A stretch of 64,000 nt of DNA, taken from an uncultured Clostridia bacterium. Its GTDB lineage: Bacteria > Bacillota > Clostridia > Oscillospirales > UMGS1783. The stretch covers positions 6,734 to 70,733 of the forward strand of contig CALKPL010000025.1 in assembly GCA_937991645.1 (NCBI GenBank), given 5' to 3'. The notes beneath the pieces are model-generated. The model was not told the origin of the DNA and made no database searches. It saw only the letters and a list, made by a program, of their open reading frames with translations. The first letter of the stretch is position 1. Every line of letters begins with the position of its first letter. This document shows, one piece after another, positions 19,085-29,021 of this stretch. A program made the position numbers and the translations under genes.

Positions 19085-20275
19085 ATGTCAATTACGGCCA
19101 TAATTGCGGAGTACAACCCGTTCCATAACGGACATTGCTATCATATCCGGCAGTCCAAAAGGTCTTTGGGCACAACATATACCATTGCGGTGCTGTCTGG
19201 AAGTTTTGTACAACGTGCCGAACCGGCCGTGCTGTCCAAGCGGGCGCGCACGGAGCAGGCGCTGCGCTGCGGCGTAGACGCTGTGATAGAACTGCCCGCC
19301 TGTTACGCCCTGGCGAGCGCCGAGGGCTTTGCGGAAGGCGCAGTGCGGTGCCTGCGTCTGCTTGGCGCGGTGGACCGCCTGAGCTTTGGGAGCGAAGCGG
19401 GCGAGCTCAAGCCGCTGCGCGCTGCGGCCGATGCTCTTCTGCATCCGGATTTCGGCGCGCTGCTGCGCGAGGAGCTGGCGGGCGGAAGTCCGTTCCCCTT
19501 GGCCCGGATGCGGGCCGCCATGCGGCTTGCGCCAGGGCTGGACCCGGCGGTCTGGCAGTCGCCGAACAATCTGCTTGCGGTCGAATATATCAAAGCGCTG
19601 CGCGTCAGCGGAGCGCAAATTGAGCCATATACCGTAGCGCGCCGCGGCGCGGGTCATGATGCCGGCGCCGCGGCCGGCGATTATCAGAGCGCGACCTTCT
19701 GCCGGGAACTGATCCAGTCCGGGCGTGACTGTTCGCCGTATCTGCCGGCGCCGGCTGCGGAAATACTGCGCCGCGAAATGGACGAAGGGCGCGCGCCCGT
19801 CTCCATCGGCGGGATGGAGCGGGCGATGCTGGCGTCGCTTCGGCGCCTGCCGCCCGCCGCGTTCACGATGTATCCGGACGTGACCGAAGGACTGGAAAAC
19901 CGGATTGCGGACGCGCTTCGCCGCGAACGTTCCATGCAGGACGTGTACGGCGCGATTAAAAGCAAGCGGTACACGCACGCCCGTATACGGCGCATTCTGC
20001 TGCGCGCCTATCTGGGCCTGTATGCGCGGGTCGACCCGCCGGAGTATATCCGCCTGCTTGGACTGCGGAAGGACGCGGGAGAACTTGTACGGCTGCTGCG
20101 CGCGCAGTGCCGTGTGCCGTTGGTGGTCCGTCCCGCGCGGGACGCCGCCGCGCTCCCGGACGCCGAACGCGAAAAACTGCGTTTTGAAACGTTGCTGACC
20201 GATATCTGGAACTGTTTCACGCCTGTCGTTCAGCCGGCGGGGGAGGACTACACGAAATTTCCCGTCATAATTTGA
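19085..20275 (+). CDS. tmcAL: tRNA(Met) cytidine acetate ligase (YlbM/UPF0348 nucleotidyltransferase)
   Basis: 396 aa with N-terminal IIAEYNPFHNGHCYHI (HxGH nucleotidyltransferase motif), as in the TmcAL family. Confidence 0.8.
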   Translation: MSITAIIAEYNPFHNGHCYHIRQSKRSLGTTYTIAVLSGSFVQRAEPAVLSKRARTEQALRCGVDAVIELPACYALASAEGFAEGAVRCLRLLGAVDRLSFGSEAGELKPLRAAADALLHPDFGALLREELAGGSPFPLARMRAAMRLAPGLDPAVWQSPNNLLAVEYIKALRVSGAQIEPYTVARRGAGHDAGAAAGDYQSATFCRELIQSGRDCSPYLPAPAAEILRREMDEGRAPVSIGGMERAMLASLRRLPPAAFTMYPDVTEGLENRIADALRRERSMQDVYGAIKSKRYTHARIRRILLRAYLGLYARVDPPEYIRLLGLRKDAGELVRLLRAQCRVPLVVRPARDAAALPDAEREKLRFETLLTDIWNCFTPVVQPAGEDYTKFPVII

Positions 20276-20331
20276 ACTTGTCCTCATATATTTCTATCAT
20301 GAATAACGGTTTGTGAGAGGATGTATGAGGT

Positions 20332-20826
20332 ATGCGCATTTTCAGAACGGCCGGCGTCTTTGGGCTCGCCGTCGTATTTTCCCTGGCCATGCTCGTGTTC
20401 CTGGCGGCATGCTTTTTTCCGGCTCAGTCGCTGGCGCTGCTGCTCGGTCTCTCCGGGGCTGCGGGAACGGCTCCCGACGAAGCGCGGACGATCGCCGCGG
20501 TAGTGTCGGCCGCGCTGTGTCTTGCGGCCGTGCTGGCGCTGCCCGCCTTGCGGAAAGACGGTGCGCTTGCGGTCTATGCAAGGCTTTCTCTATTCGTTTT
20601 TTTTACGCAGATTGCCGCCGCGGGCTGTCTTGCCGCGCTCGGCTTTGCACCCGAGCTTTCGGCCGGCGTGTTTTCGCGTATGACCCTTTGCCGGGAGCTG
20701 ATGGTGGTCTATCTGAGCTTTGCCATGCTGTTTGTGGTGCTCTGGCGGATCCTGGGACAGATCGATCAGCTGCGCCGGCGGGACGCGTACCGGTTTTCAC
20801 TTGAATTGGAGCAGGACGGCGCATAG
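20332..20826 (+). CDS. Hypothetical integral membrane protein
   Basis: 164 aa with about 4 predicted TM helices rich in Ala and Leu. No recognisable family motif. Confidence 0.5.
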   Translation: MRIFRTAGVFGLAVVFSLAMLVFLAACFFPAQSLALLLGLSGAAGTAPDEARTIAAVVSAALCLAAVLALPALRKDGALAVYARLSLFVFFTQIAAAGCLAALGFAPELSAGVFSRMTLCRELMVVYLSFAMLFVVLWRILGQIDQLRRRDAYRFSLELEQDGA

Positions 20827-20851
20827 GCGTTCGGGCGTACCCTGCTACGGC

Positions 20852-20888
20852 AAAAAAAAGCGGCGGACCGCATGTCCGCCGCCTTTTT
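20852..20888. terminator. Bidirectional intrinsic terminator
   Basis: GCGGCGGAC / GTCCGCCGC stem flanked by an A8 run and a T5 run, between convergent genes. Confidence 0.8.
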
Positions 20889-20895
20889 CGTTCGT

Positions 20896-21375
20896 CTATT
20901 TTTCGTCCTTACCGCCGCATCCGCATCCGCAGCTTCCGTCCTCTTCTTCGCCGCATCCGCATTCGTCGTCCTGCTCAACTTCGACATCGTCGCCAAAGTC
21001 TATTGTCTCGCCGCAGTGCGGGCACTCAAACATGCCGTCCTGCAGGATCTCTTCGTCGAGCAGCACGTCCTCGCCGCAGTTCGGGCATTCGGTCTGGTAG
21101 TGATAGCCGTCGTCATCGCAGCCGCAGTCGCAGCCGTCCCCGTGTTCATCCTCGTCTCCGTAGATGTCTTTTTCCATCTCGCCCAAGTCCATGTCCAGCT
21201 CTTCGACGTATTCGTCGAGTTCTGCGCAGGTATCTTCGAGGTCGGATACGGTGAGGGCCATGTCGTCAAGCAAGTCGACGACGGCGGCAAGAATCTTTCC
21301 TTCCTTGCTGGTCTTGTCGAGTTCCGATGCGTCCATCAGGCCTTTGATGTACGCCGCTTTTTCAGTCAGTGTCAT
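20896..21375 (-). CDS. Acidic Cys-rich zinc-ribbon protein of unknown function, probably co-transcribed with efp
   Basis: 159 aa from ATG 21375, with AAAGGAG upstream and 22 nt after the efp stop. It has a helical N-terminus, CPNCG-x17-CPHCG, and GCDCGC and CGCG...CGCGCGG clusters. Confidence 0.75.
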   Translation of the reverse strand: MTLTEKAAYIKGLMDASELDKTSKEGKILAAVVDLLDDMALTVSDLEDTCAELDEYVEELDMDLGEMEKDIYGDEDEHGDGCDCGCDDDGYHYQTECPNCGEDVLLDEEILQDGMFECPHCGETIDFGDDVEVEQDDECGCGEEEDGSCGCGCGGKDEK

Positions 21376-21397
21376 TTCGTTTACTCCTTTGTGCGCG

Positions 21398-21958
21398 TTA
21401 TGCGCGTTCCATATACTCCCCGGTGCGGGTGTCGATCCGGATTTTGTTCCCCTCTTCAATAAACAGAGGGACGCGGATCGTCGCGCCGGTTTCCAGCGTG
21501 GCGGGCTTCGTCACATTCGTGGCGGTGTCGCCCTTGAAGCCGGGTTCGGTCTCTGTGACCTCGAGCTCTACGAAGAAGGGAGGCTCGATGCCGAATACAT
21601 TGCCCTTGCAGGACAGGATTTTCACCGTCGTGTTCTCCTTGACAAATTTGAAGGAGTCAGGCAAAATGCTCTTGTTGAGCGGGATCTGTTCATAGGTTTC
21701 ATTGTCCATGAAATAATAGAGTTCCCCGTCGTTGTACAGATATTCCATTTCCTTGCGTTCAATATAGGCGGTGGGGAACTTGTCGGCAGGGTTAAAGGTC
21801 GTTTCCGTCACAGCCTCGGTGATTACGTTGCGTATCTTTGCGCGGACAAAGGCCGCGCCCTTTCCGGGCTTTACATGCTGGAACTCGATGATCTGGACGA
21901 TGCTGCCGTCGTTCATCTCAAAAGTTACTCCGTTGCGGAAATCGCCTGCTGATATCAT
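21398..21958 (-). CDS. efp: Elongation factor P
   Basis: 186 aa with ISAGDFRNG...[22 protein letters not shown]. Confidence 0.97.
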   Translation of the reverse strand: MISAGDFRNGVTFEMNDGSIVQIIEFQHVKPGKGAAFVRAKIRNVITEAVTETTFNPADKFPTAYIERKEMEYLYNDGELYYFMDNETYEQIPLNKSILPDSFKFVKENTTVKILSCKGNVFGIEPPFFVELEVTETEPGFKGDTATNVTKPATLETGATIRVPLFIEEGNKIRIDTRTGEYMERA

Positions 21959-22046
21959 AAATAATCCTCCTTGATGGTATTATCTTAACCTTACGTTTCA
22001 GTTTAACCCATATTTCTATATTTTTCAAGCTGTTTTTTCCAAGTTT

Positions 22047-23096
22047 CTATAAAACGAGCAGTTCCTTGGCGCTTGCGGTCAGGTTGACAGGGCCGGACTC
22101 CGTCATCCAAACCATGTCCTCGATCCGGACGCCGAATTCGTTTTCCAGATATATGCCCGGCTCGACAGTGACGACCGTATCCGGCAAAATAACCGTTTCG
22201 CATGCGGGGCTGAACCGAGGCTCCTCATGTATTTCAAGTCCGAGCGAATGTCCTAAACCGTGCCCGAAACGGTCTCCATAGCCCATATCCGCGATATAAT
22301 TGCGGGCGAGCGCGTCGCATGCCGCGCCGGTCATACCGGTCCGGATTCCGGCGAGCGCCCGTTTGTTTGCTTCGAGGACGATTTCATAGACCTCCCGCAT
22401 CTTGTCCGTGGGTTGGCCCACCGCGACTGTGCGCGTCATGTCGCTGCAATAGCCGCGCGCCTTTGCGCCGAAGTCCATGGTGACGAAGTCCCCGTACTCG
22501 ATCGGTTTGTCCGAAGGAACGCCGTGGGGCAGGGATGAGTTTTTCCCGGAAACGGCGATGGTGTCGAACGCCGGTCCGTCCGCGCCGCGCAGGCGCATCT
22601 GGTAATCAATGAGCGCGGCGAGCGCCCGTTCGGTCATGCCCGGCTGGATCTGCCGCAGCACATAGTCGAACGTCTCGTCCGTGATCTTTTGCGCGGCGCG
22701 GATGCAGTCGAGCTCATAGCCGTCCTTGATGGAGCGCAGGTCCATGATCTTCTGGGAAACGGGTTCGAATTCCACGTCGAGCGCGGCCGCCAGCCTGCCG
22801 TACTGGCCGACGGTCGTCGTCGCATCCTCAAAGCCGATCCGCTTCGCGCCGGCCATAAGCGTCCGCAGCTGGTCCGTCAGCCGGCCCTTCTGCTCGATTA
22901 CCTGAAACCCGGCGCACGCCCGCCGCGCCGCTTCAATATAGCGGAAGTCTGTGAGAAAAAAGGCATCCTGTTCCGTGATATAGACTGCGCCCGCACTGGT
23001 GTGCAGCCGGGTCGCGTACCGGCGGTTCTGCTCGTCGAGCAGGAGCAGTCCGTCCAGGTCTGTAAGCAGGGTCCGTAGCTTATCAATCGTCGTCAT
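22047..23096 (-). CDS. M24-family Xaa-Pro aminopeptidase
   Basis: 349 aa with creatinase-like N-terminal and pita-bread C-terminal domains. Motifs DFGA...GYCSDMTR, HGLGHSLGLEIHE and EPG. Confidence 0.9.
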   Translation of the reverse strand: MTTIDKLRTLLTDLDGLLLLDEQNRRYATRLHTSAGAVYITEQDAFFLTDFRYIEAARRACAGFQVIEQKGRLTDQLRTLMAGAKRIGFEDATTTVGQYGRLAAALDVEFEPVSQKIMDLRSIKDGYELDCIRAAQKITDETFDYVLRQIQPGMTERALAALIDYQMRLRGADGPAFDTIAVSGKNSSLPHGVPSDKPIEYGDFVTMDFGAKARGYCSDMTRTVAVGQPTDKMREVYEIVLEANKRALAGIRTGMTGAACDALARNYIADMGYGDRFGHGLGHSLGLEIHEEPRFSPACETVILPDTVVTVEPGIYLENEFGVRIEDMVWMTESGPVNLTASAKELLVL

Positions 23097-23971
23097 TTTG
23101 CCGCGCCTCCATTATATTTTTCAAGCGTTTTTTCGTAGTAGTCTTTCATGACCTTCGCGTCCTTCGCCTGCGTCCCCGCCGATTCACAGATGACGACAGG
23201 CGCAAGCCCGCGCGCACAGACCGCTTCAATAAAGGGGATGTGCGAGGGGCCGTAGCTCTCGTCGGCAAAGGTAAGGTGCGCTTTCTCACCGCCGGCGGAC
23301 CAGGCGATCCGGGAGAAGTGGCAGTGGAACCGCAGCATTCGCTGAAGGCCCAGCGCGTTTATAAAAAAGTCGAGAACGGCGAGAAAATCCTCTTTTTCCT
23401 TCAACGCGCCGAAAGTGCGGGCGTTCAGGTGGCCGAAGTCAATGGTGGGCGTCATCCGCTCGTCCACGCCGCACAGGAAAGCCACGTCCTCCATCGTGCC
23501 GAGCTGGCCGATTTTACCCATGGTCTCAGGGCAGAGGACAATGTCTTCGTAGCCGTTCTCATCGAGCGCGGTCTGGGCGCGCCGCAGCGTATCCGCCGCA
23601 AGCTGCAGCGCCTGTGCGCGCGTCATACCGGAAAGCGAGCCGCTGTGCACCACCATCCGCGTCCCGCCGAGCGCGCGCAGGGCGCGCGCGCTTTTGAGTA
23701 TGTGCCCGACGCTCTTGTCCCGTATCAGCTCGTCGCTGGAGGAGAGGGAAATATAATAGGGGGCGTGCAGGGACAGGCGGACGCCGTGCTCTTCGGCTTT
23801 GGCCCGGATTTTGCCGGCCGTGGCGGCCGAGAGCTGTACGCCATGTCCGCACTGGTACTCAAAACAGTCCAGTCCGTAACGGGCGACCATGCCCGGTGCC
23901 TGCACTGTGCTTTTCAATCCGTTTTCATAAAATTCTTCCGGTACGCCGGCCACGCCGAACATTGCCCGCAT
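23093..23971 (-). CDS. Xylose-isomerase-like TIM-barrel protein (endonuclease IV-related family)
   Basis: 292 aa with an AP-endonuclease-2-like pattern (LSLHAPYYI, MVVHSG, CPET, DFGH). There is a 4-nt overlap with the peptidase gene. Confidence 0.7.
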   Translation of the reverse strand: MRAMFGVAGVPEEFYENGLKSTVQAPGMVARYGLDCFEYQCGHGVQLSAATAGKIRAKAEEHGVRLSLHAPYYISLSSSDELIRDKSVGHILKSARALRALGGTRMVVHSGSLSGMTRAQALQLAADTLRRAQTALDENGYEDIVLCPETMGKIGQLGTMEDVAFLCGVDERMTPTIDFGHLNARTFGALKEKEDFLAVLDFFINALGLQRMLRFHCHFSRIAWSAGGEKAHLTFADESYGPSHIPFIEAVCARGLAPVVICESAGTQAKDAKVMKDYYEKTLEKYNGGAAK

Positions 23972-24063
23972 ATGTCATCCGCCCTTTTTTGATAAATCAT
24001 TATCTGTTCTTTATAATATACCCGAAAAACAGCCCGCGTCAACAAGAATTCCGCCGCGAAGCC

Positions 24064-24092
24064 TTGACGAACGGCTGCGGCGCGGATATAAT
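24064..24092 (+). promoter_or_regulatory. Sigma-A promoter of the alaS leader
   Basis: TTGACG (24064-24069), a 17-nt spacer and TATAAT (24087-24092). Confidence 0.7.
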
Positions 24093-24098
24093 AAAGGC

Positions 24099-24324
24099 AA
24101 AGCAGTGAACGGAACAGTAACACGAAACCGGACATGCAGAGAGAGGGGGACTGGTGCGAGCCCCTCTGTGCGGACGTGTGAACGCTCTCCGCGAGCTCTC
24201 CTGTGAAAACAGGGGCGTATACCCGCGTTAAGGGCAATGAGCGGCACGGGTTTCCCCGTGCAATTTGGGTGGTAACACGGATTTTTATTCGTCCCTTCGT
24301 TTTACGGGGGGACGACTATTTTTT
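24099..24324 (+). promoter_or_regulatory. T-box leader (tRNA-sensing riboswitch) controlling alaS
   Basis: Stem-I elements AGAGAG and GGTGCGA. T-box sequence AATTTGGGTGGTAACACGG (24262-24280). Terminator TCGTCCC / GGGACGA (24289-24315) followed by T6. Confidence 0.85.
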
Positions 24325-24336
24325 GGAGGAATGTGC

Positions 24337-26976
24337 ATGAAATGGATTTCGCTCAACGACATTCGGGAGAAATACCTCTCCTTTTTTGAATCAAAAGGGC
24401 ATCTGCGGCAGCCCTCTTATCCGCTGATTCCGAAGGACGACAAATCGCTCCTGCTCATCAACGCGGGCATGGCGCCGCTGAAAAAGTTCTTTACCGGTGA
24501 AGTTACGCCGCCGCGCAAGCGGATGACGACCTGCCAGAAGTGTATTCGCGTAATCGATATAGAAAACGTCGGGAAAACGGCGCGTCACGGCACGTTTTTT
24601 GAGATGCTCGGCAACTTTTCATTCGGGGATTACTTCAAGCGCGAGGCGATCGCCTGGGCGTGGGAATTCCTCACAAAAGAGCTGGAGATTCCGGAGGACA
24701 GGCTGTGGGTATCGGTTTACCTGGACGATGACGAGGCCTTTGATATCTGGGCAAATGAAGTGGGCGTCCCCCGCGAACGCATTGTGCGTCTGGGCAAGGA
24801 GGACAACTTCTGGGAGATCGAGACCGGTCCCTGCGGCCCCTGCTCTGAAATCCATTTTGACCGCGGCCCCGAATACGGATGCGACAGTCCCGACTGCGGC
24901 GTTGGCTGCGACTGCGACCGGTACGTGGAAGTCTGGAACCTCGTGTTTACGCAGTTCAATAAGGACGCGGCCGGCAACTACACGCCGCTTGCCCATCCGA
25001 ACATAGACACCGGTATGGGCCTGGAACGCATCTCCTGCGTCATGCAGGGGGTAAACAGCCTGTTTGAGGTGGACACGGTGCGTAAGATCCTCGATCACGC
25101 GGCGCGGATCGCGGGCGTGTCCTATGGGGAAAAACCTGCCGCGGACATAAGCCTGCGCATTATCACCGACCATATCCGCAGCACCGTGTTTATGGTGGGC
25201 GACGGCGTCATCCCCTCTAACGAGGGCAGAGGGTACGTGCTGCGCCGTCTGCTGCGCCGCGCCGCGCGCCACGGCAAGCTTCTGGGCATAAGCGGGCCCT
25301 TTCTCGCCGGCCTGTGCGATACGGTCATTGCAGAAAATTTGACCGCATACCCCGACCTTGCGAGCAAGAGCGCCTATATAAAAAAAGTCATACTCAACGA
25401 AGAGGAGAGCTTTGCGCGCACCATTGACGCCGGACTCGGCATGCTTGCGGATATGATCGCCGAGATGCGGGCGGAGGGCCGCACGGTCCTGCGCGGCGAG
25501 GACGCGTTTAAGCTGTACGATACCTACGGCTTCCCGCTCGACCTGACGGAGGACGTGCTGCAGGACGCAGGTTTCACAGTCGATGCGGACGTGTTCGCGG
25601 AGAAAATGGATGCACAGCGCAGACGAGCCCGCGCCGCGCGCGAGAACCTCAGCGCCGCCGGCGGCTGGGACAGTACGGGCCTCGCGCTGGAGAACGTACA
25701 TCCCACAAAGTTTACGGGCTATGAATCGCTGCAGGGCGCGTCCTCCGTCGCCGCCATTGTGGCCGAGGGCGAGCAGACCGGCGCGCTGGACGCGGGGCAG
25801 TCCGGCATTGTCGTCACCGACGAGACGCCTTTTTACGCCGAGAGCGGCGGACAGGTGGGCGACCGGGGCGTGATCCGCGCGGGCGCGGCCCTGTTTGAGG
25901 TGACGGATACGCAGAAAAACGCCGAGGGCGTGTACTATCATATCGGCACGCTGCGCGAAGGCCGGATCGAGGTGGGCGACGGCGTGGAGCTCGCCGTGGA
26001 CGGCGCGCGCAGGCAGGCCATTGCGCGTAACCATTCGTCGCTGCACCTTTTGCAGGCGGCGCTGCGCCGTGTGCTGGGCGAGCATGTCGAGCAGGCAGGC
26101 TCGTATGTGGATGAGAAGCGCGGCAGGCTCGACTTCACCCATTTTTCGGCCATGACGCCGGAAGAACTGACGCGGGTCGAGCGCATGGTCAACGAACAGA
26201 TTCTCAGCGGGCTGCCCGTCGACGTGCGGATGATGCCCATCGACGAAGCGCGCGCCTCGGGCGCAATGGCCCTGTTCAGCGAGAAATACGGGGATGTCGT
26301 CCGCGTTGTAAGCATGGGCGACTTCTCACGGGAGCTGTGCGGCGGCACGCACCTGACCGACACAAGCCGCATGGGCCTGTTTAAAATTGTCTCCGAGTCC
26401 TCCGTCGCCGCCGGTGTGCGCCGCATCGAGTGCGTGACCGGATTCGGCGTGCTCGAACAGCTCGACACGGCGGACTGCATCCTTCGGCAGGCGGCCCGCA
26501 TCCTCAAGTCGAGCACGGCCGAAGTCGCGGATCGCGCGGGCGCGCTGCATGAGGAGCTGCGCGCTGCGCAGAAGGAGATAGCTGCGCTCAATCAGAAGCT
26601 GGCCGCGCTGCAGATCGGCGGGATTGTGGACGGCGCAAAGCAGGTCGGCCCGGTCCGGCTCGCGCTTGCGAAACCCGCCGGCATGACGGCCGACGCGCTG
26701 CGTACCGTCGGCGACCTGATCAAGGAACAATACCCGGATATTGTGGCGGTGCTCGCCGTTGTGAACGAGGGCAGGATCAACTTCCTGTGCGCCTGCGGCC
26801 GCGATGCGGTCAAGGCGGGCGCGCACGCCGGCAATCTCATCAGAAAGCTCGCGGAGCTGACCGGCGGCCGCGGCGGCGGCAGGCCGGACACGGCCCTCGC
26901 CGGCGGTAAGGACCCGGCAAAGCTGGACACGGCGCTGGCCGCCGCCGAGTCCGCGTTACTGGAAATGGTCCGGTAA
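24337..26976 (+). CDS. alaS: Alanine--tRNA ligase
   Basis: 879 aa beginning MKWISLNDIREKYLSFFESKGH. Also FTNAGM-like INAGMAPLK, the HSSLHLLQ editing motif and a DHHA1 C-terminus. GGAGGA lies 6 nt upstream. Confidence 0.97.
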   Translation: MKWISLNDIREKYLSFFESKGHLRQPSYPLIPKDDKSLLLINAGMAPLKKFFTGEVTPPRKRMTTCQKCIRVIDIENVGKTARHGTFFEMLGNFSFGDYFKREAIAWAWEFLTKELEIPEDRLWVSVYLDDDEAFDIWANEVGVPRERIVRLGKEDNFWEIETGPCGPCSEIHFDRGPEYGCDSPDCGVGCDCDRYVEVWNLVFTQFNKDAAGNYTPLAHPNIDTGMGLERISCVMQGVNSLFEVDTVRKILDHAARIAGVSYGEKPAADISLRIITDHIRSTVFMVGDGVIPSNEGRGYVLRRLLRRAARHGKLLGISGPFLAGLCDTVIAENLTAYPDLASKSAYIKKVILNEEESFARTIDAGLGMLADMIAEMRAEGRTVLRGEDAFKLYDTYGFPLDLTEDVLQDAGFTVDADVFAEKMDAQRRRARAARENLSAAGGWDSTGLALENVHPTKFTGYESLQGASSVAAIVAEGEQTGALDAGQSGIVVTDETPFYAESGGQVGDRGVIRAGAALFEVTDTQKNAEGVYYHIGTLREGRIEVGDGVELAVDGARRQAIARNHSSLHLLQAALRRVLGEHVEQAGSYVDEKRGRLDFTHFSAMTPEELTRVERMVNEQILSGLPVDVRMMPIDEARASGAMALFSEKYGDVVRVVSMGDFSRELCGGTHLTDTSRMGLFKIVSESSVAAGVRRIECVTGFGVLEQLDTADCILRQAARILKSSTAEVADRAGALHEELRAAQKEIAALNQKLAALQIGGIVDGAKQVGPVRLALAKPAGMTADALRTVGDLIKEQYPDIVAVLAVVNEGRINFLCACGRDAVKAGAHAGNLIRKLAELTGGRGGGRPDTALAGGKDPAKLDTALAAAESALLEMVR

Positions 26977-26992
26977 AGGGGGGCACGCCGCA

Positions 26993-28051
26993 TTGCCAAA
27001 GAGTATTTTTGAGCCGTTCTCGCTTGGGCGTCTTGGGTTGAAGAACAGAATCGTCCGCTCGGCGACCGACGAGCACCTTGCGACCGACACCGGCCTGCCG
27101 ACCGAGGCGCTGGAGACCGTGTACCGCAGGCTTGCCGAGGGCGGGACGGGTTTGATTATTACGGGCCATCTGTTCGTGGACTATCCGCTCGGCCAGTCCG
27201 GGCTCGGGCAGGCCGGCATTTACGACGACAGCTTTGCCGAGCTGTTAAAGCCGATTACGCAGGCGGGTAAGCGCCGCGGCTGCAAAATTGCGGCGCAGAT
27301 CAGCCACGCCGGCGCAAAATACCATGCGGGGCCGCACAGGCCGGTCGCGCCGTCGGCCATGCGCGCCGCTGCGGACGCGCCCGTACCCAGGCGGCTGACG
27401 CAAACGGAGATAGAGGAGCTCAGAAAATCCTATGTCGACGCGGCGTCGCGCGCGGCGGCCGCGGGGTTCGACGGGGTGCAAGTCCACTGCGCGCACGGCT
27501 ACCTGCTTTCGGAGTTTGTGGATCCGTATTACAACCACCGCGTTGACGAATACGGCGGCAGCGTGGAAAACCGTATGCGCCTGCCGCTTGAGATCATCCG
27601 CGGGATCAAGGCGGTTTGCGGGGAGGATTACCCCGTGCTTGTCAAGGTCAACAGCAATACGCGCGCTGACGACGAACAGTACGGCGAACAGCTTGTGTCC
27701 ATGGTGCGCATGTTTGCACAGGCGGGTGCGCAGGCCGTGGAGCTGAGCGGATACGACTTCGCGCCTAAAACCCGGGACCGGCTTTATTTCCTCGATCGCG
27801 CCGCGCAGGTGAAAGCGGCGGTGCCGGATGTACCGCTCATCCTGGTGGGTGGACTTCGCAGCGTGGGCGACATGCAAAAGGCGCTCGACGCGGGAATCGA
27901 CCTTGTCGCCATGTGCCGTCCGCTCGTGTGTCAGCCCGACGCGGCGGACCGGTTCGGCAGCGGCCAGGAGACGTCCCCCTGCGTCAGCTGCAACCGGTGT
28001 TTTCAAAATTTCAGGACGACCGGCTTCGAATGCGCCGTCCGTACAGAATAA
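26993..28051 (+). CDS. NADH:flavin oxidoreductase (Old Yellow Enzyme family)
   Basis: 352 aa with LKNRIVRSAT and HCAHGYLLSEFVDPYYNHRVDEYGGSVENRMR. TTG start after AAAGGGGGG. Confidence 0.88.
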   Translation: MPKSIFEPFSLGRLGLKNRIVRSATDEHLATDTGLPTEALETVYRRLAEGGTGLIITGHLFVDYPLGQSGLGQAGIYDDSFAELLKPITQAGKRRGCKIAAQISHAGAKYHAGPHRPVAPSAMRAAADAPVPRRLTQTEIEELRKSYVDAASRAAAAGFDGVQVHCAHGYLLSEFVDPYYNHRVDEYGGSVENRMRLPLEIIRGIKAVCGEDYPVLVKVNSNTRADDEQYGEQLVSMVRMFAQAGAQAVELSGYDFAPKTRDRLYFLDRAAQVKAAVPDVPLILVGGLRSVGDMQKALDAGIDLVAMCRPLVCQPDAADRFGSGQETSPCVSCNRCFQNFRTTGFECAVRTE

Positions 28052-28065
28052 GGAGGTAAAGGACC

Positions 28066-28407
28066 ATGAGCGATATTATTTGCAAAATCGTTGCCGGGGA
28101 GATCCCCTGCGCCAAAGTCTATGAGAACGAGGACGTCATTGCGTTCAAGGATATAAACCCCATGGCGCCCATCCACATCCTGGTAACGCCAAAAGCGCAC
28201 GTGCTGGCGGACGCGTCCGAAATCACGCCGGCCAATTCGGCGATCGTCGCCAAGTGCTTTGAGGCGATCGCCGTCATCGCAAAGCAGCTCGGCCTGGACA
28301 GCGGCTTCCGCGTCGTCAACAACTGCGGTCCGGACGGGGGACAGACCATCCCGCATCTGCACTTCCATCTTTTGGCGGGCGAAAAGCTGCCTGAAAAATT
28401 AGCGTAA
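28066..28407 (+). CDS. HIT-family (histidine triad) nucleotide hydrolase
   Basis: 113 aa with the HIT motif IPHLHFHLL. Confidence 0.93.
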   Translation: MSDIICKIVAGEIPCAKVYENEDVIAFKDINPMAPIHILVTPKAHVLADASEITPANSAIVAKCFEAIAVIAKQLGLDSGFRVVNNCGPDGGQTIPHLHFHLLAGEKLPEKLA

Positions 28408-28418
28408 GGAGAGTTACA

Positions 28419-28970
28419 ATGGATACATATAAACTGAACGTCGCGGGCGTGGAGCGCGACCTGCCCCTGTGCAAACTTAAGGACGACCTCTATATTGCCG
28501 CGTTCGTCATTTTTGGCGACGTGGAGCTGACCATGGCGTGCGCGGCGGAGCTGAACAAGATCGCGCCTGAGCACGATATCATGATCACTGCGGAGGCGAA
28601 GGGCATCCCCCTCGTCTATGAAATGGCCCGTCAGCGCGGCGAAAACAACTACCTGATCGCCCGTAAGGGGCTAAAGCTGTACATGCGCGAGCCGCACTCG
28701 ATCGAAGTGCGTTCCATTACGACGGACAAGAAGCAGGTGCTGTATATCGATGCGGCGGACGTGGAAAAGATGCGCGGCAAGCGGGTGCTGATTATAGACG
28801 ACGTCATCAGCACGGGAGAGTCGGTGTTCGCCGTGGAAAAACTCGTCAAGGAGTCCGGCGGCACGGTCGTCGGCAAAATGGCGATTCTTGCAGAGGGCGA
28901 CGCCGTGTACCGCGACGACATTCTGTATCTGGAAAAACTGCCCCTGTTTGTGCCCGGGAAAAACATGTGA
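28419..28970 (+). CDS. Phosphoribosyltransferase-family protein (purine PRT-like)
   Basis: 183 aa with the PRPP loop RVLIIDDVISTGES. Confidence 0.8.
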   Translation: MDTYKLNVAGVERDLPLCKLKDDLYIAAFVIFGDVELTMACAAELNKIAPEHDIMITAEAKGIPLVYEMARQRGENNYLIARKGLKLYMREPHSIEVRSITTDKKQVLYIDAADVEKMRGKRVLIIDDVISTGESVFAVEKLVKESGGTVVGKMAILAEGDAVYRDDILYLEKLPLFVPGKNM

Positions 28971-29021
28971 GTTGACAACCGGCGGGGGTTCATGTATGAT
29001 AAAACAAACGGAGGTGTTTCC

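Noticed and set aside
19088-20287. 399-aa minus-strand ORF opposite tmcAL
   Set aside because: This is an antisense shadow, extremely Arg/Pro/Ala-rich. The plus-strand gene carries the HxGH nucleotidyltransferase motif.
24619-26142. 507-aa minus-strand ORF opposite alaS
   Set aside because: This is an antisense shadow of alaS with no motifs and no RBS.
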